DNA of 32,000 nt, taken from contig MKSO01000001.1 in the NCBI GenBank assembly GCA_001897305.1, positions 810,001 through 842,000 of the forward strand. Reading direction: 5' to 3'. Position 1 is the first letter of the stretch, and the number at the start of each line of letters is the position of its first letter. Positions 1 through 9,463 of this stretch are shown piece by piece. A program made the position numbers and the translations under genes. The stretch comes from Candidatus Saccharimonadota bacterium (GTDB taxonomy: Bacteria > Patescibacteriota > Saccharimonadia > Saccharimonadales > Saccharimonadaceae). Below the pieces are notes generated by a model. That model searched no databases and had not been told where the DNA came from. It saw nothing but the letters and a program-made list of their open reading frames with translations.

Positions 1-674
1 TCGTCAATGGTTTGCGCGCCTTACTCCGTCAAGACCCGAACATCATTATGGTTGGTGAGATTCGTGACGGCGAAACGGCTAACCTGGCTATCCAGGCCGC
101 CCTTACGGGCCACATGGTGTTTAGTACGCTTCACACCAACAACGCTGCGACTACCCTGCCTCGTCTGCTCGATATGGGTATCGAGCCCTTCTTGATTGCT
201 AGTACAATCCGTGCAGTCGTGGGTCAGCGCCTTATTCGGCGCCTCCATGTCGAAACGCGCCAAAGCTACGTACCAAGCCCAGAGGAAAAAGCAGAACTCC
301 TTCAGATGTTCCACATCCAGGAGGGTGAGAACTTTAAGATTATTCACGAGCTGGAAAAACAAGCCCTGGCCGCCGGACTTGGCGAAGGTCTTCCGCTCAG
401 CACCGACGAACACGGTATCAAAAACCTATGGCGCGCCGATAAAGAGGCTAATACCGATGATGTCCACGAAGGCTATAGGGGACGACTTGGTATTTACGAA
501 GTCCTCTATAACTCATCGAGCATTCAGAAGCTCATTATGGCGCGGGCAACCAGTGATGACATCCAACAGCAAGCAGTTCGCGAGGGCATGGTTACCATGC
601 AGCTCGACGGCTTTATAAAGGCGCTGCGCGGTGAAACAACCATTGAAGAAGTTCTAAGGGTAACGCGAGAATAA
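1..674 (+). CDS. pilB: Type IV pilus assembly ATPase, PilB/GspE family, C-terminal part (5' end outside window)
   Basis: The frame is open from the window edge; the track start at 12 is an in-frame TTG, not a real start. The translation has the GspE/PilB hallmark run [38 protein letters not shown] and [12 protein letters not shown]. pilC starts 3 nt after the stop. Confidence 0.9.
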   Translation, partial: VNGLRALLRQDPNIIMVGEIRDGETANLAIQAALTGHMVFSTLHTNNAATTLPRLLDMGIEPFLIASTIRAVVGQRLIRRLHVETRQSYVPSPEEKAELLQMFHIQEGENFKIIHELEKQALAAGLGEGLPLSTDEHGIKNLWRADKEANTDDVHEGYRGRLGIYEVLYNSSSIQKLIMARATSDDIQQQAVREGMVTMQLDGFIKALRGETTIEEVLRVTRE

Positions 675-677
675 CCT

Positions 678-1907
678 ATGGCGAAATTTACATACATCGC
701 CTCTGATACGCAGAATAATGTTATCAAAGGAAAGACTGAACTCCCCGACCGCCAAGCCGTCATTACGGCGCTTAATAAACAAGGCCTGCGCCCGGTTAGT
801 ATTAAAGAGATCAAAGAGGGCGGCGGTTCTATTGATCTAAACAATCTGTTTGGACCCGGTAAAGTTAAGCAGGACCAGCTTGTAGCCTTTACTCGTCAGT
901 TGAGCGCCATGGTGAGCGCTGGAGTACCTTTGCTTCGTTCGTTGAGTTCTATTCAGAAACACACCGAAGACAAAGCGCTTCAAAAATTACTCGCCGACGT
1001 CGTAAAAGAAGTTGAAGGCGGTATTCCGCTGGGCGATAGCCTGGCAAAACACCCCGAGACGTTTAGTGACATCTATGTAAACATGGTCCGAGCTGGTGAA
1101 GCGGCGGGTATTTTGGATGACATCTTGAAACGTCTGGCTGGTCAGCTCGAGAAATCGGCTGCTATCCGTAAGAAAATTAAGAGCGCCATGGCCTATCCGC
1201 TCGTACTGCTGAGTATTACAATCCTTGCCTTCTTCGGGTTGATGATTTTCGTTATTCCGCAAATTGGCGCTATTATTCAAAACCTGGGTGGCCCTGATGC
1301 TAAACTTCCAACAATTACTTTGGTTATGTTGGGTATTAGTGGTTTTATTACGAAGTATTGGTATATTCTTTTTCCAGCTATCGGCGGCGTCATTACCGCC
1401 CTTGTTCTGTACGTTAAAAGAAGCCCCAAAGGTAAACGACAATTTCACCTGCTTATTTTAAAAATACCCGCTATTAAAACCATCATACGAAAAATTTCGG
1501 TCGCCCGGTTTGCTCGTACTTTCTCGGCGCTCATGGGCGCAGGTGTTGCCGTGCTTGAATCACTTGATGTTACCTCAAGGGCTATTGGTAATGTCATTTA
1601 CGAAGAAGCCCTTAAATCGGCCGCCATTGATGTAAAAAACGGTAAACAGCTTTCGGTAGTGCTTGAATCAAACGACCTCTTCCCGTCTATTGTCTCGCAA
1701 ATGCTCGCGGTTGGTGAGGAAACCGGACAGACAGATACCGTCCTGGTCAAGGTAGCCGATTTCTACGAAGAGGAAGTTGACCTAGCAATTGATAGTATCA
1801 GCTCCATCATGGAGCCTGCTATGATCGTCGTGATGGGTGGTATGGTAGGTCTTATCGCCGCCAGTGTGATGGTACCTATTTCTCAGCTTTCATCAAACAT
1901 TAAATAA
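678..1907 (+). CDS. pilC: Type IV pilus platform protein PilC (GspF family), 409 aa
   Basis: Two GspF-type repeats (LSAMVSAGVPLLRSL... and FSALMGAGVAVLESL...), three hydrophobic segments, and the position directly after pilB. Confidence 0.9.
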   Translation: MAKFTYIASDTQNNVIKGKTELPDRQAVITALNKQGLRPVSIKEIKEGGGSIDLNNLFGPGKVKQDQLVAFTRQLSAMVSAGVPLLRSLSSIQKHTEDKALQKLLADVVKEVEGGIPLGDSLAKHPETFSDIYVNMVRAGEAAGILDDILKRLAGQLEKSAAIRKKIKSAMAYPLVLLSITILAFFGLMIFVIPQIGAIIQNLGGPDAKLPTITLVMLGISGFITKYWYILFPAIGGVITALVLYVKRSPKGKRQFHLLILKIPAIKTIIRKISVARFARTFSALMGAGVAVLESLDVTSRAIGNVIYEEALKSAAIDVKNGKQLSVVLESNDLFPSIVSQMLAVGEETGQTDTVLVKVADFYEEEVDLAIDSISSIMEPAMIVVMGGMVGLIAASVMVPISQLSSNIK

Positions 1908-1941
1908 CGCTTTTGGGTATGCTCTTCATATTGCTTACGCA

Positions 1942-1950
1942 TGCTATAAT
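1942..1950 (+). promoter_or_regulatory. Extended -10 promoter element TGcTATAAT upstream of pilM
   Basis: The exact string tgctataat lies 26 nt before the pilM ATG. The same TGcTAtAAT-type string recurs upstream of several other genes and tRNAs in this window. Confidence 0.5.
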
Positions 1951-1976
1951 GAGGAAGTAATTGCATTCGTGGGCAT

Positions 1977-3035
1977 ATGTCAAAATTCTTTTATAACGAT
2001 AAACCAATTGTAGGGCTTGATATCAGTAGTACTGGTATCAAATTAATGTCGGTAGACCCCAAGAAGTGGCTCGTTCATGGCTACGGGTCTGTTGATCTTG
2101 ACCCCACAAGAATGCGCGAAGGCCTCGAGAACGAGAACAGTACCTTTTTGGCCGATAGCCTAAAAGAACTTATGAGTAGCAACATTGTCGGCTCCCTACT
2201 TAGTAACCGTGTTGCCATTGCCCTTCCCACTTCTCGAACCTATACGCGAACATTTACCCTTCCTAGTTCGGCGGAAAAATCGCTTGACGAGGCAGTTATG
2301 CTAGAGGTTGAACAGTATATTCCTATCCCTGTCTCAACTCTTTACATCGACTACCAAGTTATCGAGCGTGACCGTAAAACTATTGTCGTTTTGATGAGCG
2401 CTGTTTCTCGGACTATTGTCGATAACGTTACTCGTAACGTTAAGGCAGCTGGACTCTTACCAGTACTTATTGAGCCAAGTATCAATTCAGTTGGGCGTGT
2501 CCTGACTGCTACCGAGGACGGCACGCTTCCTACGGTAGTTGTGGATATTGGCCCTGCGGGTACCGATATTGCAATCCTTGACCGTGGCTCGATTCGTGTC
2601 ACGAGCGGCGTAACAATTGGCGGAAACAGCTTTACACTCGATATAGCTAAAAAGCTCAACATAGCTCTTGAAAATGCTCACCAATTAAAGGTGTTGAATG
2701 GTTTAAATGCCGGGCCGCGACAGCAGAAGTTGCGCGAAGCCCTTTCACCTAGCCTGGAGCGGATTCTTACCGAGACAAAGAAGGTAATGCGCTACTACAC
2801 CGAACGAGTCAACCCAGACCGTAAGCTCGAGCAGCTTCTTATCGTCGGGGGCGGTAGTAATGTGCCCGGTATTGGCGAATACTTCACTGAAAACCTTATT
2901 ATTGCCGCTCGAGTCGCAAGCCCTTGGCAACAGCTTGATTTTGGTAAAATTGAAGAACCGCCAAAACAAGTGCGTCCACGATACATAACTGTTGCAGGTG
3001 CCGCAAGTATTACTCCTGGAGGAATTTGGAAATGA
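1977..3035 (+). CDS. pilM: Type IV pilus assembly protein PilM (actin-like ATPase fold), 352 aa
   Basis: N-terminal VGLDISSTGIKLM, then VVDIGPAGTDIAIL and LLIVGGGSNVPGIGEYF, which are actin/FtsA-like phosphate motifs. The stop overlaps the pilN start (ATGA). Confidence 0.85.
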   Translation: MSKFFYNDKPIVGLDISSTGIKLMSVDPKKWLVHGYGSVDLDPTRMREGLENENSTFLADSLKELMSSNIVGSLLSNRVAIALPTSRTYTRTFTLPSSAEKSLDEAVMLEVEQYIPIPVSTLYIDYQVIERDRKTIVVLMSAVSRTIVDNVTRNVKAAGLLPVLIEPSINSVGRVLTATEDGTLPTVVVDIGPAGTDIAILDRGSIRVTSGVTIGGNSFTLDIAKKLNIALENAHQLKVLNGLNAGPRQQKLREALSPSLERILTETKKVMRYYTERVNPDRKLEQLLIVGGGSNVPGIGEYFTENLIIAARVASPWQQLDFGKIEEPPKQVRPRYITVAGAASITPGGIWK

Positions 3036-3586
3036 TCAACCTACTAGCTACTGATCAAAAAGCGGAAATAAAAGCCGCCCGCACAAACCTACTCCTCGTA
3101 CGCTATATTGGTCTGATTTTAATAGCTTTCGCTTTTATAGGTGGAGCACTTTACATTTCATATTCAGTGCTCGAAGGCACTAAGAACAACACCGAATCGC
3201 TCATTACAGCCAGCGCTGAAAAAGCAAATATCTATCACGATACACAGGCTCAAGTCGAAACGCTCAACTCCCAGCTTGGAGCGGCTTCAACTGCTTTTAC
3301 CCAAGAGGTTCGCTATTCATCCTTCTTAGTAAAACTTGGTCAGGTCATGCCACCGGGAACAATTCTAGGCGAGCTTGCACTGAACGAGAGTAACTTCAAC
3401 GGCACACCTTTCGAACTTAAAGCCTATGCCAAAACAACCACAGAAGCAAGTAGCCTCCAAAGCCAACTTCAGGTATCACCGCTCTTCTCAAAGGTAACCC
3501 CGCTATCTACTGGTAGCGACCAAGGAATCGATAAATATCCCGTTCAAGTCAAGCTGTCCGTAACACTAAATAAGGCGGGCATATAA
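3032..3586 (+). CDS. pilN: PilN-like pilus alignment protein, 184 aa
   Basis: The protein starts MINLLATDQ, matching the INLL N-terminal PilM-binding motif of PilN, followed by one TM helix. GGAGG lies 9 nt upstream of ATG 3032. The track start at 3026 is a TTG too close to the SD, so I prefer 3032. Confidence 0.7.
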   Translation: MINLLATDQKAEIKAARTNLLLVRYIGLILIAFAFIGGALYISYSVLEGTKNNTESLITASAEKANIYHDTQAQVETLNSQLGAASTAFTQEVRYSSFLVKLGQVMPPGTILGELALNESNFNGTPFELKAYAKTTTEASSLQSQLQVSPLFSKVTPLSTGSDQGIDKYPVQVKLSVTLNKAGI

Positions 3587-4128
3587 TGAAACCTAAAAAA
3601 CAATTCAGCCCACAAAACCTCCGTGCTCTGCTTTCGGTGGTTCTCGTATTGGTCGTCTTAGGCGGCGGCGCTTTATTCTACTGGGGCATGGGGCTCATTA
3701 AGGCGTACGCTATAGAAGTTGACCACCGCATCATAGACGCCGAGGCAAGCCGGCAGCAGATCAGTCAGCTACAAACCCTACGAGCCGAAATAGCACAGAA
3801 CAGTTCGCTTATTGATAAAGCTAATCTGTTTTTCGTTTCGCCAGATACCTATCGAACAAAAGCACAAAATGATATAACCGCGTATGCCTCTGCTGCTGGC
3901 TTAAAGATCAAAGAAACCACCTTCGCAGACCCTGCCAATGGCACGTATAGTATCACAGTTAAGTTTAATAACCCTGTTAAATTCGCCAGCTTAATCACAT
4001 TCCTTAATAATATTGAAGGTAACTTACCAAAAATGCAGGTTAATTCTATTAGTCTAGCCCGATCGGAGTCAAACAATCCGACAGATGTAAATGTTAACGA
4101 AATGACCATAGGGATCTTAGTAAGGTAA
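3586..4128 (+). CDS. pilO: PilO-like pilus alignment protein, 180 aa
   Basis: N-terminal TM helix followed by a coiled-coil-like segment (ASRQQISQLQTLRAEIAQ). The start overlaps the pilN stop (TAATG). The call rests on position and architecture only. Confidence 0.5.
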   Translation: MKPKKQFSPQNLRALLSVVLVLVVLGGGALFYWGMGLIKAYAIEVDHRIIDAEASRQQISQLQTLRAEIAQNSSLIDKANLFFVSPDTYRTKAQNDITAYASAAGLKIKETTFADPANGTYSITVKFNNPVKFASLITFLNNIEGNLPKMQVNSISLARSESNNPTDVNVNEMTIGILVR

Positions 4129-4134
4129 TACATT

Positions 4135-4434
4135 ATGGCAGCTAAAACATCCAATAAGTCGAATTCCGTCAGCTCACTAAAACCGTTAGGCGCTTTGCTT
4201 AGTCGTTTTCACTTTCTTATTTTTTTCATTGTGGTAGTTGGGTGTTTGGCGGCCTCTGTATACTACATAAATTACACCTTCACTCATCTTCCCGAAGATG
4301 GATATACATCAACAATTAACCCGGGGACAATCGACCAAAAAGCTCTCGAGCGTATTCAAAACCTACACACAAGTAGTCAGCCAGCCAGCGCTCCGGAGCT
4401 CCCAAATGGCCGAGTGAATCCATTTGCCGAATAA
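4135..4434 (+). CDS. Small single-pass membrane protein, unknown function, 99 aa
   Basis: Begins 6 nt after pilO on the same strand. It has one strong TM helix (FHFLIFFIVVVGCLAASVYYI) and no recognisable family. Confidence 0.5.
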   Translation: MAAKTSNKSNSVSSLKPLGALLSRFHFLIFFIVVVGCLAASVYYINYTFTHLPEDGYTSTINPGTIDQKALERIQNLHTSSQPASAPELPNGRVNPFAE

Positions 4435-4473
4435 GCATTGCTCAGTACGTAATGAAAAGCTTATACTAAAGAT

Positions 4474-5070
4474 ATGCTACTGCTTGGTTCACGCCTCTTA
4501 AACTCGCCGGTTATGAGCCTACAAACCGGTACACGCTTGGCTCACATCTTGCGGCCTCTTATTGACCCCGCTAATCTGCGTATACTAGCCTACGAAGTGG
4601 ATGGTCCCTTGCTAACCGAAAAACCTTCCTACTTACGAACGGCTGATATTAGGGAATACGGCCGACTGGGCATGATTATTAATAGTGCCGACGAATTTGT
4701 CGGAGCTGATGATATTATCCAAATTAAGAACCTACTAAACCTTGGTTTCGCCCTCATCGGCGTATCGGTTCTAGACGAACAAGGCAGAAAGTTAGGAAAG
4801 GTAGAAGACTACACCCTAGAAACAGGTGATTTTGTCATACAGCAACTAACAGTCCGACGCGGCTTGTTGAAGTCGCTTGCCGACACCGGACTCTTGATCC
4901 ACCGCTCGCAGATTGTAGAAATTAATAATAAAAGCATCATCGTTAAGGCTAACGATCAAAAAATTTCTAAACCCGTTATGGCCACGCTGCGAGAAGACTT
5001 CGTTAATCCATTTAGAACAGCGGGCGCAAAGCCCGAAACAATCACAACAAACACGACGAGCGATTCGTAG
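4474..5070 (+). CDS. Protein with tandem PRC-barrel-like domains, 198 aa
   Basis: The second half, LIGVSVLDEQGRKLGKVEDYTLETGDFVIQQLTVRRG...IHRSQIVEINNKSIIV, fits the PRC-barrel pattern (G..V.d..G..lG.V.D...d.....I..l.V). The first half is a weaker copy. TATACT lies 6 nt upstream of the ATG with no SD. Confidence 0.6.
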   Translation: MLLLGSRLLNSPVMSLQTGTRLAHILRPLIDPANLRILAYEVDGPLLTEKPSYLRTADIREYGRLGMIINSADEFVGADDIIQIKNLLNLGFALIGVSVLDEQGRKLGKVEDYTLETGDFVIQQLTVRRGLLKSLADTGLLIHRSQIVEINNKSIIVKANDQKISKPVMATLREDFVNPFRTAGAKPETITTNTTSDS

Positions 5071-5073
5071 TAC

Positions 5074-5709
5074 TCATGCATCTTCGTTTAATACCGAGCG
5101 AATATCGTCATACCGAAAACCTTGCCGTACAAGATACCCGATCAACTTCTGAGGGTCATCGTATTTGATTGCTTTTTTGGCGACCACCTTGCGTAGCTCA
5201 TCTAGCTCTTGTCTCTCGGATTTCTCTAGAAACTCATCGACAATACCCCCGCTTACGCCCTTAGCAGCAAGCTCGGCTTTTAACCTACGAAAACTTGTTC
5301 CTTTGCGTAGATTACGATTTTCAATCCAAAACCGAGTAAACTTTTCGTCGTCTACATACCCCTTTGCGATGAGCCTGTCAAAGACGCGATCTGTCAGTTC
5401 TTTGCTGACGCCTTTTCTGAGTCCGCCCTCTTTAGTTGGCGTATCTCTTGTTTTGCGATAGAGGTAATCGCGCATTTCCCGCTGGCTGCGTGGCCTTGTT
5501 AGTGCGTACTCAAGCGCGCGGGTATATAACTTTCCAAACTGACTTTCGTTTTCTAATTCAGCCAGCTCTTCTTCTGTGTATTCAGAGCCCGTTTTAATGC
5601 CCAGTTCAGCGACTTGAGTAATATCTAACGAAAAGCGATACTTACCGTCAACGAAAACGTTAACGCGGTCCTTATCGCGTACTTGCATTTTAAGAGCAGT
5701 GATTTTCAT
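5074..5709 (-). CDS. recX: Recombination regulator RecX, 211 aa
   Basis: Repeated three-helix RecX-type pattern (ALEYALTRPRSQREMRDYLYRK..., VFDRLIAKGYVDDEKF..., LVRQGFRYDDI) and location in the recA operon. Confidence 0.85.
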   Translation of the reverse strand: MKITALKMQVRDKDRVNVFVDGKYRFSLDITQVAELGIKTGSEYTEEELAELENESQFGKLYTRALEYALTRPRSQREMRDYLYRKTRDTPTKEGGLRKGVSKELTDRVFDRLIAKGYVDDEKFTRFWIENRNLRKGTSFRRLKAELAAKGVSGGIVDEFLEKSERQELDELRKVVAKKAIKYDDPQKLIGYLVRQGFRYDDIRSVLNEDA

Positions 5710-5718
5710 ACGATAAAC

Positions 5719-6237
5719 CTACTGTTTACTGTAGTAGTGCTCAAACGTCTGTTTCAAACCATCGGTTATTGCACCGCCAAGCACGATATCGCGTAGTTCT
5801 GCGAGTGGCACCCAGCGAGCTTCACTCACTTCATCTGGTTGTAATGTAAGCTCGGGTTGCTCATCTACGACTAAGCGATAAACCTTAGTAAAACGATTCA
5901 TTTTGTTACCATCAGGGTCAACAGCTTCTGCATAGAAATACGCCACCTCATCAAGTGCAGCTACCTTTATGCCAATCTCTTCAGAAAGTTCTCTCAGTGC
6001 AGCTTGTTCGTAGGATTCTGGGTAGTCAATATTACCACCGGCAGACGTATCCCAGCAGTTGGGATACGTCTTTTTAGTTGCAGTCCGCTTTTGAATAAGA
6101 ATATTCCCCTGCCGATCTTCGACAGAAATACGAACCAACCTGTATCGTAGCCCGAGTTTTCGGGAATCGTCACGACCAACTGGCCCTATAGGCTTGTCGT
6201 TCTCGTCGACGTGCCAAATTTGCTCTTGGTCAGGCAT
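5719..6237 (-). CDS. NUDIX hydrolase, 172 aa
   Basis: Complete Nudix box GGNIDYPESYEQAALRELSEEIGI (G-x5-E-x7-REUxEExGU). Confidence 0.85.
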   Translation of the reverse strand: MPDQEQIWHVDENDKPIGPVGRDDSRKLGLRYRLVRISVEDRQGNILIQKRTATKKTYPNCWDTSAGGNIDYPESYEQAALRELSEEIGIKVAALDEVAYFYAEAVDPDGNKMNRFTKVYRLVVDEQPELTLQPDEVSEARWVPLAELRDIVLGGAITDGLKQTFEHYYSKQ

Positions 6238-6245
6238 TCTGCAAC

Positions 6246-7307
6246 CTATTCGTCGGTTTCGGCCACTTTAGTGCGAACCTTGCCTTCGATTTCATCAAGA
6301 ACTTTAGGGTTATCGGCAAGATACTGCTTGGCAGCCTCGCGGCCTTGGCCAATTTTACCATCGGCGTAATCAAACCAAGCTCCTGCTTTACCCACCACGC
6401 CATGAAGAACAGCGAGATCAAGTACATCGCCAGTACGGGAAATACCTTCGTTATACATGATGTCAAATTCGGCTGCACGGAATGGCGGAGCAATCTTGTT
6501 TTTGACAATCTTTACTTTTGTACGGTTACCGATTATATCCTCGCCTGACTTAATTTGCCCGGTTCTGCGAATGTCCATACGAACTGAGGCGTAGAATTTT
6601 AGTGCATTACCACCCGTAGTGGTTTCTGGGTTACCAAACATGACACCAATTTTCATACGAATTTGGTTGATGAAGATAACGATTGTCTTACTCTTATTGA
6701 TAATACCCGTCAGCTTACGAAGCGCCTGACTCATAAGACGAGCCTGAAGACCCATGTGGCTATCGCCCATTTCACCTTCAATCTCGGCCTGCGGAACCAA
6801 AGCTGCAACAGAGTCGACAACAACGAGGTCAACCGCATTAGAACGAACCAGCGTTTCAACAATCTCAAGTGCTTGTTCACCGTTGTCAGGCTGCGCAACC
6901 AAAAGGTTGTCGGTATCTACGCCTAAACGACGAGCATACGCTGGGTCTAGTGCGTGTTCGGCGTCAACAAATGCTGCCGTACCGCCCTTTTTCTGCACTT
7001 CGGCAATTGCGTGCAGCGTAAGCGTTGTCTTACCAGAAGACTCTGGACCGTAAATCTCAACAATACGGCCCTTTGGGTAACCGCCACCAAGTGCTAAGTC
7101 GAGACTTAAGGCACCACTGCTAATCAGCTCAACGTCAACAGTTGTTGTGTCGCCTAATCGGCGGATTGCACCGTCGCCAAATTGCTTGTTGATTTGTTCT
7201 TGGGCAAGCCCTAGTGCTTTTAACTTTGCGTCAGAAGCGGTATTCGTTGCGGGTTGGGTTTTCGCTGTCTTGGTAGTTGCAGACTCATCATCAGTTTTTT
7301 TCGCCAT
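6246..7307 (-). CDS. recA: Recombinase RecA, 353 aa
   Basis: Walker [10 protein letters not shown] plus [40 protein letters not shown] and other near-invariant RecA blocks. There is a roughly 30-aa low-complexity N-terminal extension. Confidence 0.97.
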   Translation of the reverse strand: MAKKTDDESATTKTAKTQPATNTASDAKLKALGLAQEQINKQFGDGAIRRLGDTTTVDVELISSGALSLDLALGGGYPKGRIVEIYGPESSGKTTLTLHAIAEVQKKGGTAAFVDAEHALDPAYARRLGVDTDNLLVAQPDNGEQALEIVETLVRSNAVDLVVVDSVAALVPQAEIEGEMGDSHMGLQARLMSQALRKLTGIINKSKTIVIFINQIRMKIGVMFGNPETTTGGNALKFYASVRMDIRRTGQIKSGEDIIGNRTKVKIVKNKIAPPFRAAEFDIMYNEGISRTGDVLDLAVLHGVVGKAGAWFDYADGKIGQGREAAKQYLADNPKVLDEIEGKVRTKVAETDE

Positions 7308-7356
7308 ACTTCCCTCTCTTTCTCTAGTATCTATTATACGCAGGCGAAAGTTAATT

Positions 7357-7365
7357 TGCTATAAT
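7357..7365 (+). promoter_or_regulatory. Extended -10 element TGcTATAAT, 8 nt upstream of the pilin ATG (leaderless-type)
   Basis: tgctataat at 7357-7365 and ATG at 7374, with no SD possible in the gap. The recA -10 (TATAAT on the minus strand, plus-strand coordinates 7333-7338) sits in the same 66-bp divergent spacer. Confidence 0.55.
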
Positions 7366-7373
7366 ATCTAGAG

Positions 7374-7763
7374 ATGAAATCATCACGAGGATTTACAGTT
7401 ATCGAACTTGTCATTGTTGTTGCTTTTTTTGCAGCCGCAAGTGTCCTTTTCTTTGTGCAAAAAAATCACGTTGAAGTAGCTGCCCGCGATGACGCCCGCA
7501 AGACGGCCATTAATGCCATGTATTACTCACTTGAAGAGGTGTACTATAAACAACACAATGCGTATCCTCGCACTATCAATAGCGAAATACTGCCATCAGT
7601 AGACCCTAACCTTTTCAAAGACCCCAATGGCGTCAAAATAGGTGAAAGTGGCAGCAATTACCGTTACGAAGGGCTTAACTGTAACGGAGATACCTGTAAA
7701 AGCTATACCTTGCGCGCTGATCTTGAAGCCGAAGGTGATTTTGTAAAATCAAGCAACAACTAA
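7374..7763 (+). CDS. Type IV pilin (prepilin-type N-terminal cleavage/methylation domain), 129 aa
   Basis: MKSSRG|FTVIELVIVVAFF is a class III signal peptide with G-1, F+1 and E+5, followed by a hydrophobic helix. A C-terminal Cys pair (CNGDTC) is present. Confidence 0.85.
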   Translation: MKSSRGFTVIELVIVVAFFAAASVLFFVQKNHVEVAARDDARKTAINAMYYSLEEVYYKQHNAYPRTINSEILPSVDPNLFKDPNGVKIGESGSNYRYEGLNCNGDTCKSYTLRADLEAEGDFVKSSNN

Positions 7764-7764
7764 A

Positions 7765-8427
7765 CTAGTCGTCGACTGGTCGGCCATTCTTGAAAGCCTC
7801 AACGGCATTGTTAAGACGAGCAATATGCTCTTTTGGTGCTGCAACATAACTAAAGCGATAGGTTGTTTCGTCACCCTCGGTGCTGAGGCGGATATCACCA
7901 TAGTTGAGAATCTGTTGTAAAATTCCGTGCTGCGTAAAGCTGGCATCTTCTATATTAGACAAGCTTACCGTTTGCTCTTGGCGAGAAAATAATGAAACCT
8001 GAATTTCCTGTATAACACTTTCATTAGTTAAAAAGAACTTATTACTTGTGTACACATACCATGACACAAACATACCAAACGCTATGGCCGCAACAAAGGC
8101 CCAAATAGGCATAGCTGCCGCTCCGGCATCAGCAAAACCACCGGTAATAGAGAAGGTCTCAACAATAGCACCATAATTAAACAAGATACTTAGAGCGATA
8201 CCTATAAGAAGTGTCCCTAGCCCCAGTGGAACAACTAGCCCAATAGGATGTCGACGAACCGCGCTAATAACATATTCGCCCTCGCTTAGGTTAAGAAATG
8301 GGTACACGTCTTTAGATCGCTCATGACGGCGCAAGGCTTCGGCACTCAAAACAGGCTTTTCAGGCTCAAGCGGACGCGCAACATGCACGACTGTTGGGTT
8401 TGATTGTTGCTCAACGGGTTCACTCAT
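7765..8427 (-). CDS. Membrane protein with bacterial PH (bPH_2/YdbS-YdbT-like) domain, 220 aa
   Basis: YVISAVRRHPIGL followed by two TM helices, then a C-terminal segment ...VSLSNIEDASFTQHGILQQILNYGDIRLSTEG... typical of membrane-anchored bPH domains. Confidence 0.6.
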   Translation of the reverse strand: MSEPVEQQSNPTVVHVARPLEPEKPVLSAEALRRHERSKDVYPFLNLSEGEYVISAVRRHPIGLVVPLGLGTLLIGIALSILFNYGAIVETFSITGGFADAGAAAMPIWAFVAAIAFGMFVSWYVYTSNKFFLTNESVIQEIQVSLFSRQEQTVSLSNIEDASFTQHGILQQILNYGDIRLSTEGDETTYRFSYVAAPKEHIARLNNAVEAFKNGRPVDD

Positions 8428-8439
8428 ATCAGTATTATA

Positions 8440-9462
8440 TCAACTTTCTGTCGTATCTTGTTGATGCATACGCAGATGCTTAAAAGCCCTAGGAGTTGCC
8501 TTGCGTCCTCGAGGCGTACGCTCAAGAAGACCAATTTGTAGCAAGTAGGGTTCATAGAAATCTTCAATAGTACTTGTTTCATCGCCTGTTAATGCAGCCA
8601 AGGTTGAAAGTCCAACGGGATTCGTTCCGTATACCTCGATCATGCGTTGAAGTAGATTGCGATCCCCTACATCAAGGCCAAGCTCATCGACTTCAAGCAA
8701 GGCAAGTGCTTTAGTAGTGATGGACGTGTCAATAATGCCATCGCCATTCACATCGGCGTAGTCGCGCACCCTTTTTAGAAGTCGGTTGGCGATACGAGGT
8801 GTCAGACGCGCGCGAGTTGAAAGTAATTCAGCCGCCTCGCTATGCACTTTTGTTCCTAGTATGCCAGCTGCCCGGTAAATAATACGTGCAATTTCATCGG
8901 GGTTATAAAATTCTAGTCGATACATGTGGCCAAATCGGTCGCGCAGCGGTGCCGCAAGCGCCCCGGTTTTTGTAGTTGCACCAATAATAGTAAATTTTGG
9001 TAGGTCTAGCCGCACGCTACGTGCACCTGGGCCTTTACCAATCATGATATCAAGTTTGTAATCTTCCATTGCCGAGTACAATACCTCTTCAACCGACCTG
9101 CTGAGGCGGTGAATTTCATCAATAAAGAGGATGTCTCCATCGGTCAGACTCGTCAAAATACTAGCAAGGTCGGCGGCCCGCTCAATAGCGGGTCCAGCCG
9201 TGATACGAATAGTCGCACCCATTTCATTGGCAATAACTGTAGCCATGGTAGTTTTTCCGAGTCCGGGCGGCCCATATAAAAGAATATGATCAAGCGGTTC
9301 GCTGCGTTTTTTAGCAGCATCAATAGCCAACTGTAAATTAGTTTTTAGACGCTCTTGTCCGACATAATCGGCAAATGTTTGCGGACGAAGCGTGACTTCA
9401 ATAATTTGTTCATCACGATCCTCTTCATGCGATCCGCCATCTACCAAACGCTCAATAGCCAT
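8440..9462 (-). CDS. ruvB: Holliday junction helicase RuvB, 340 aa
   Basis: [12 protein letters not shown] (Walker A), [10 protein letters not shown] (Walker B), [18 protein letters not shown], and the C-terminal winged helix [18 protein letters not shown]. Confidence 0.96.
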   Translation of the reverse strand: MAIERLVDGGSHEEDRDEQIIEVTLRPQTFADYVGQERLKTNLQLAIDAAKKRSEPLDHILLYGPPGLGKTTMATVIANEMGATIRITAGPAIERAADLASILTSLTDGDILFIDEIHRLSRSVEEVLYSAMEDYKLDIMIGKGPGARSVRLDLPKFTIIGATTKTGALAAPLRDRFGHMYRLEFYNPDEIARIIYRAAGILGTKVHSEAAELLSTRARLTPRIANRLLKRVRDYADVNGDGIIDTSITTKALALLEVDELGLDVGDRNLLQRMIEVYGTNPVGLSTLAALTGDETSTIEDFYEPYLLQIGLLERTPRGRKATPRAFKHLRMHQQDTTES

Positions 9463-9463
9463 A

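Noticed and set aside
21-1448. Track ORFs 21-413(-), 196-618(+) and 987-1448(-) overlapping pilB and pilC
   Set aside because: These are alternative-frame or antisense shadows of clearly identified pilB and pilC. None has motifs or translation signals.
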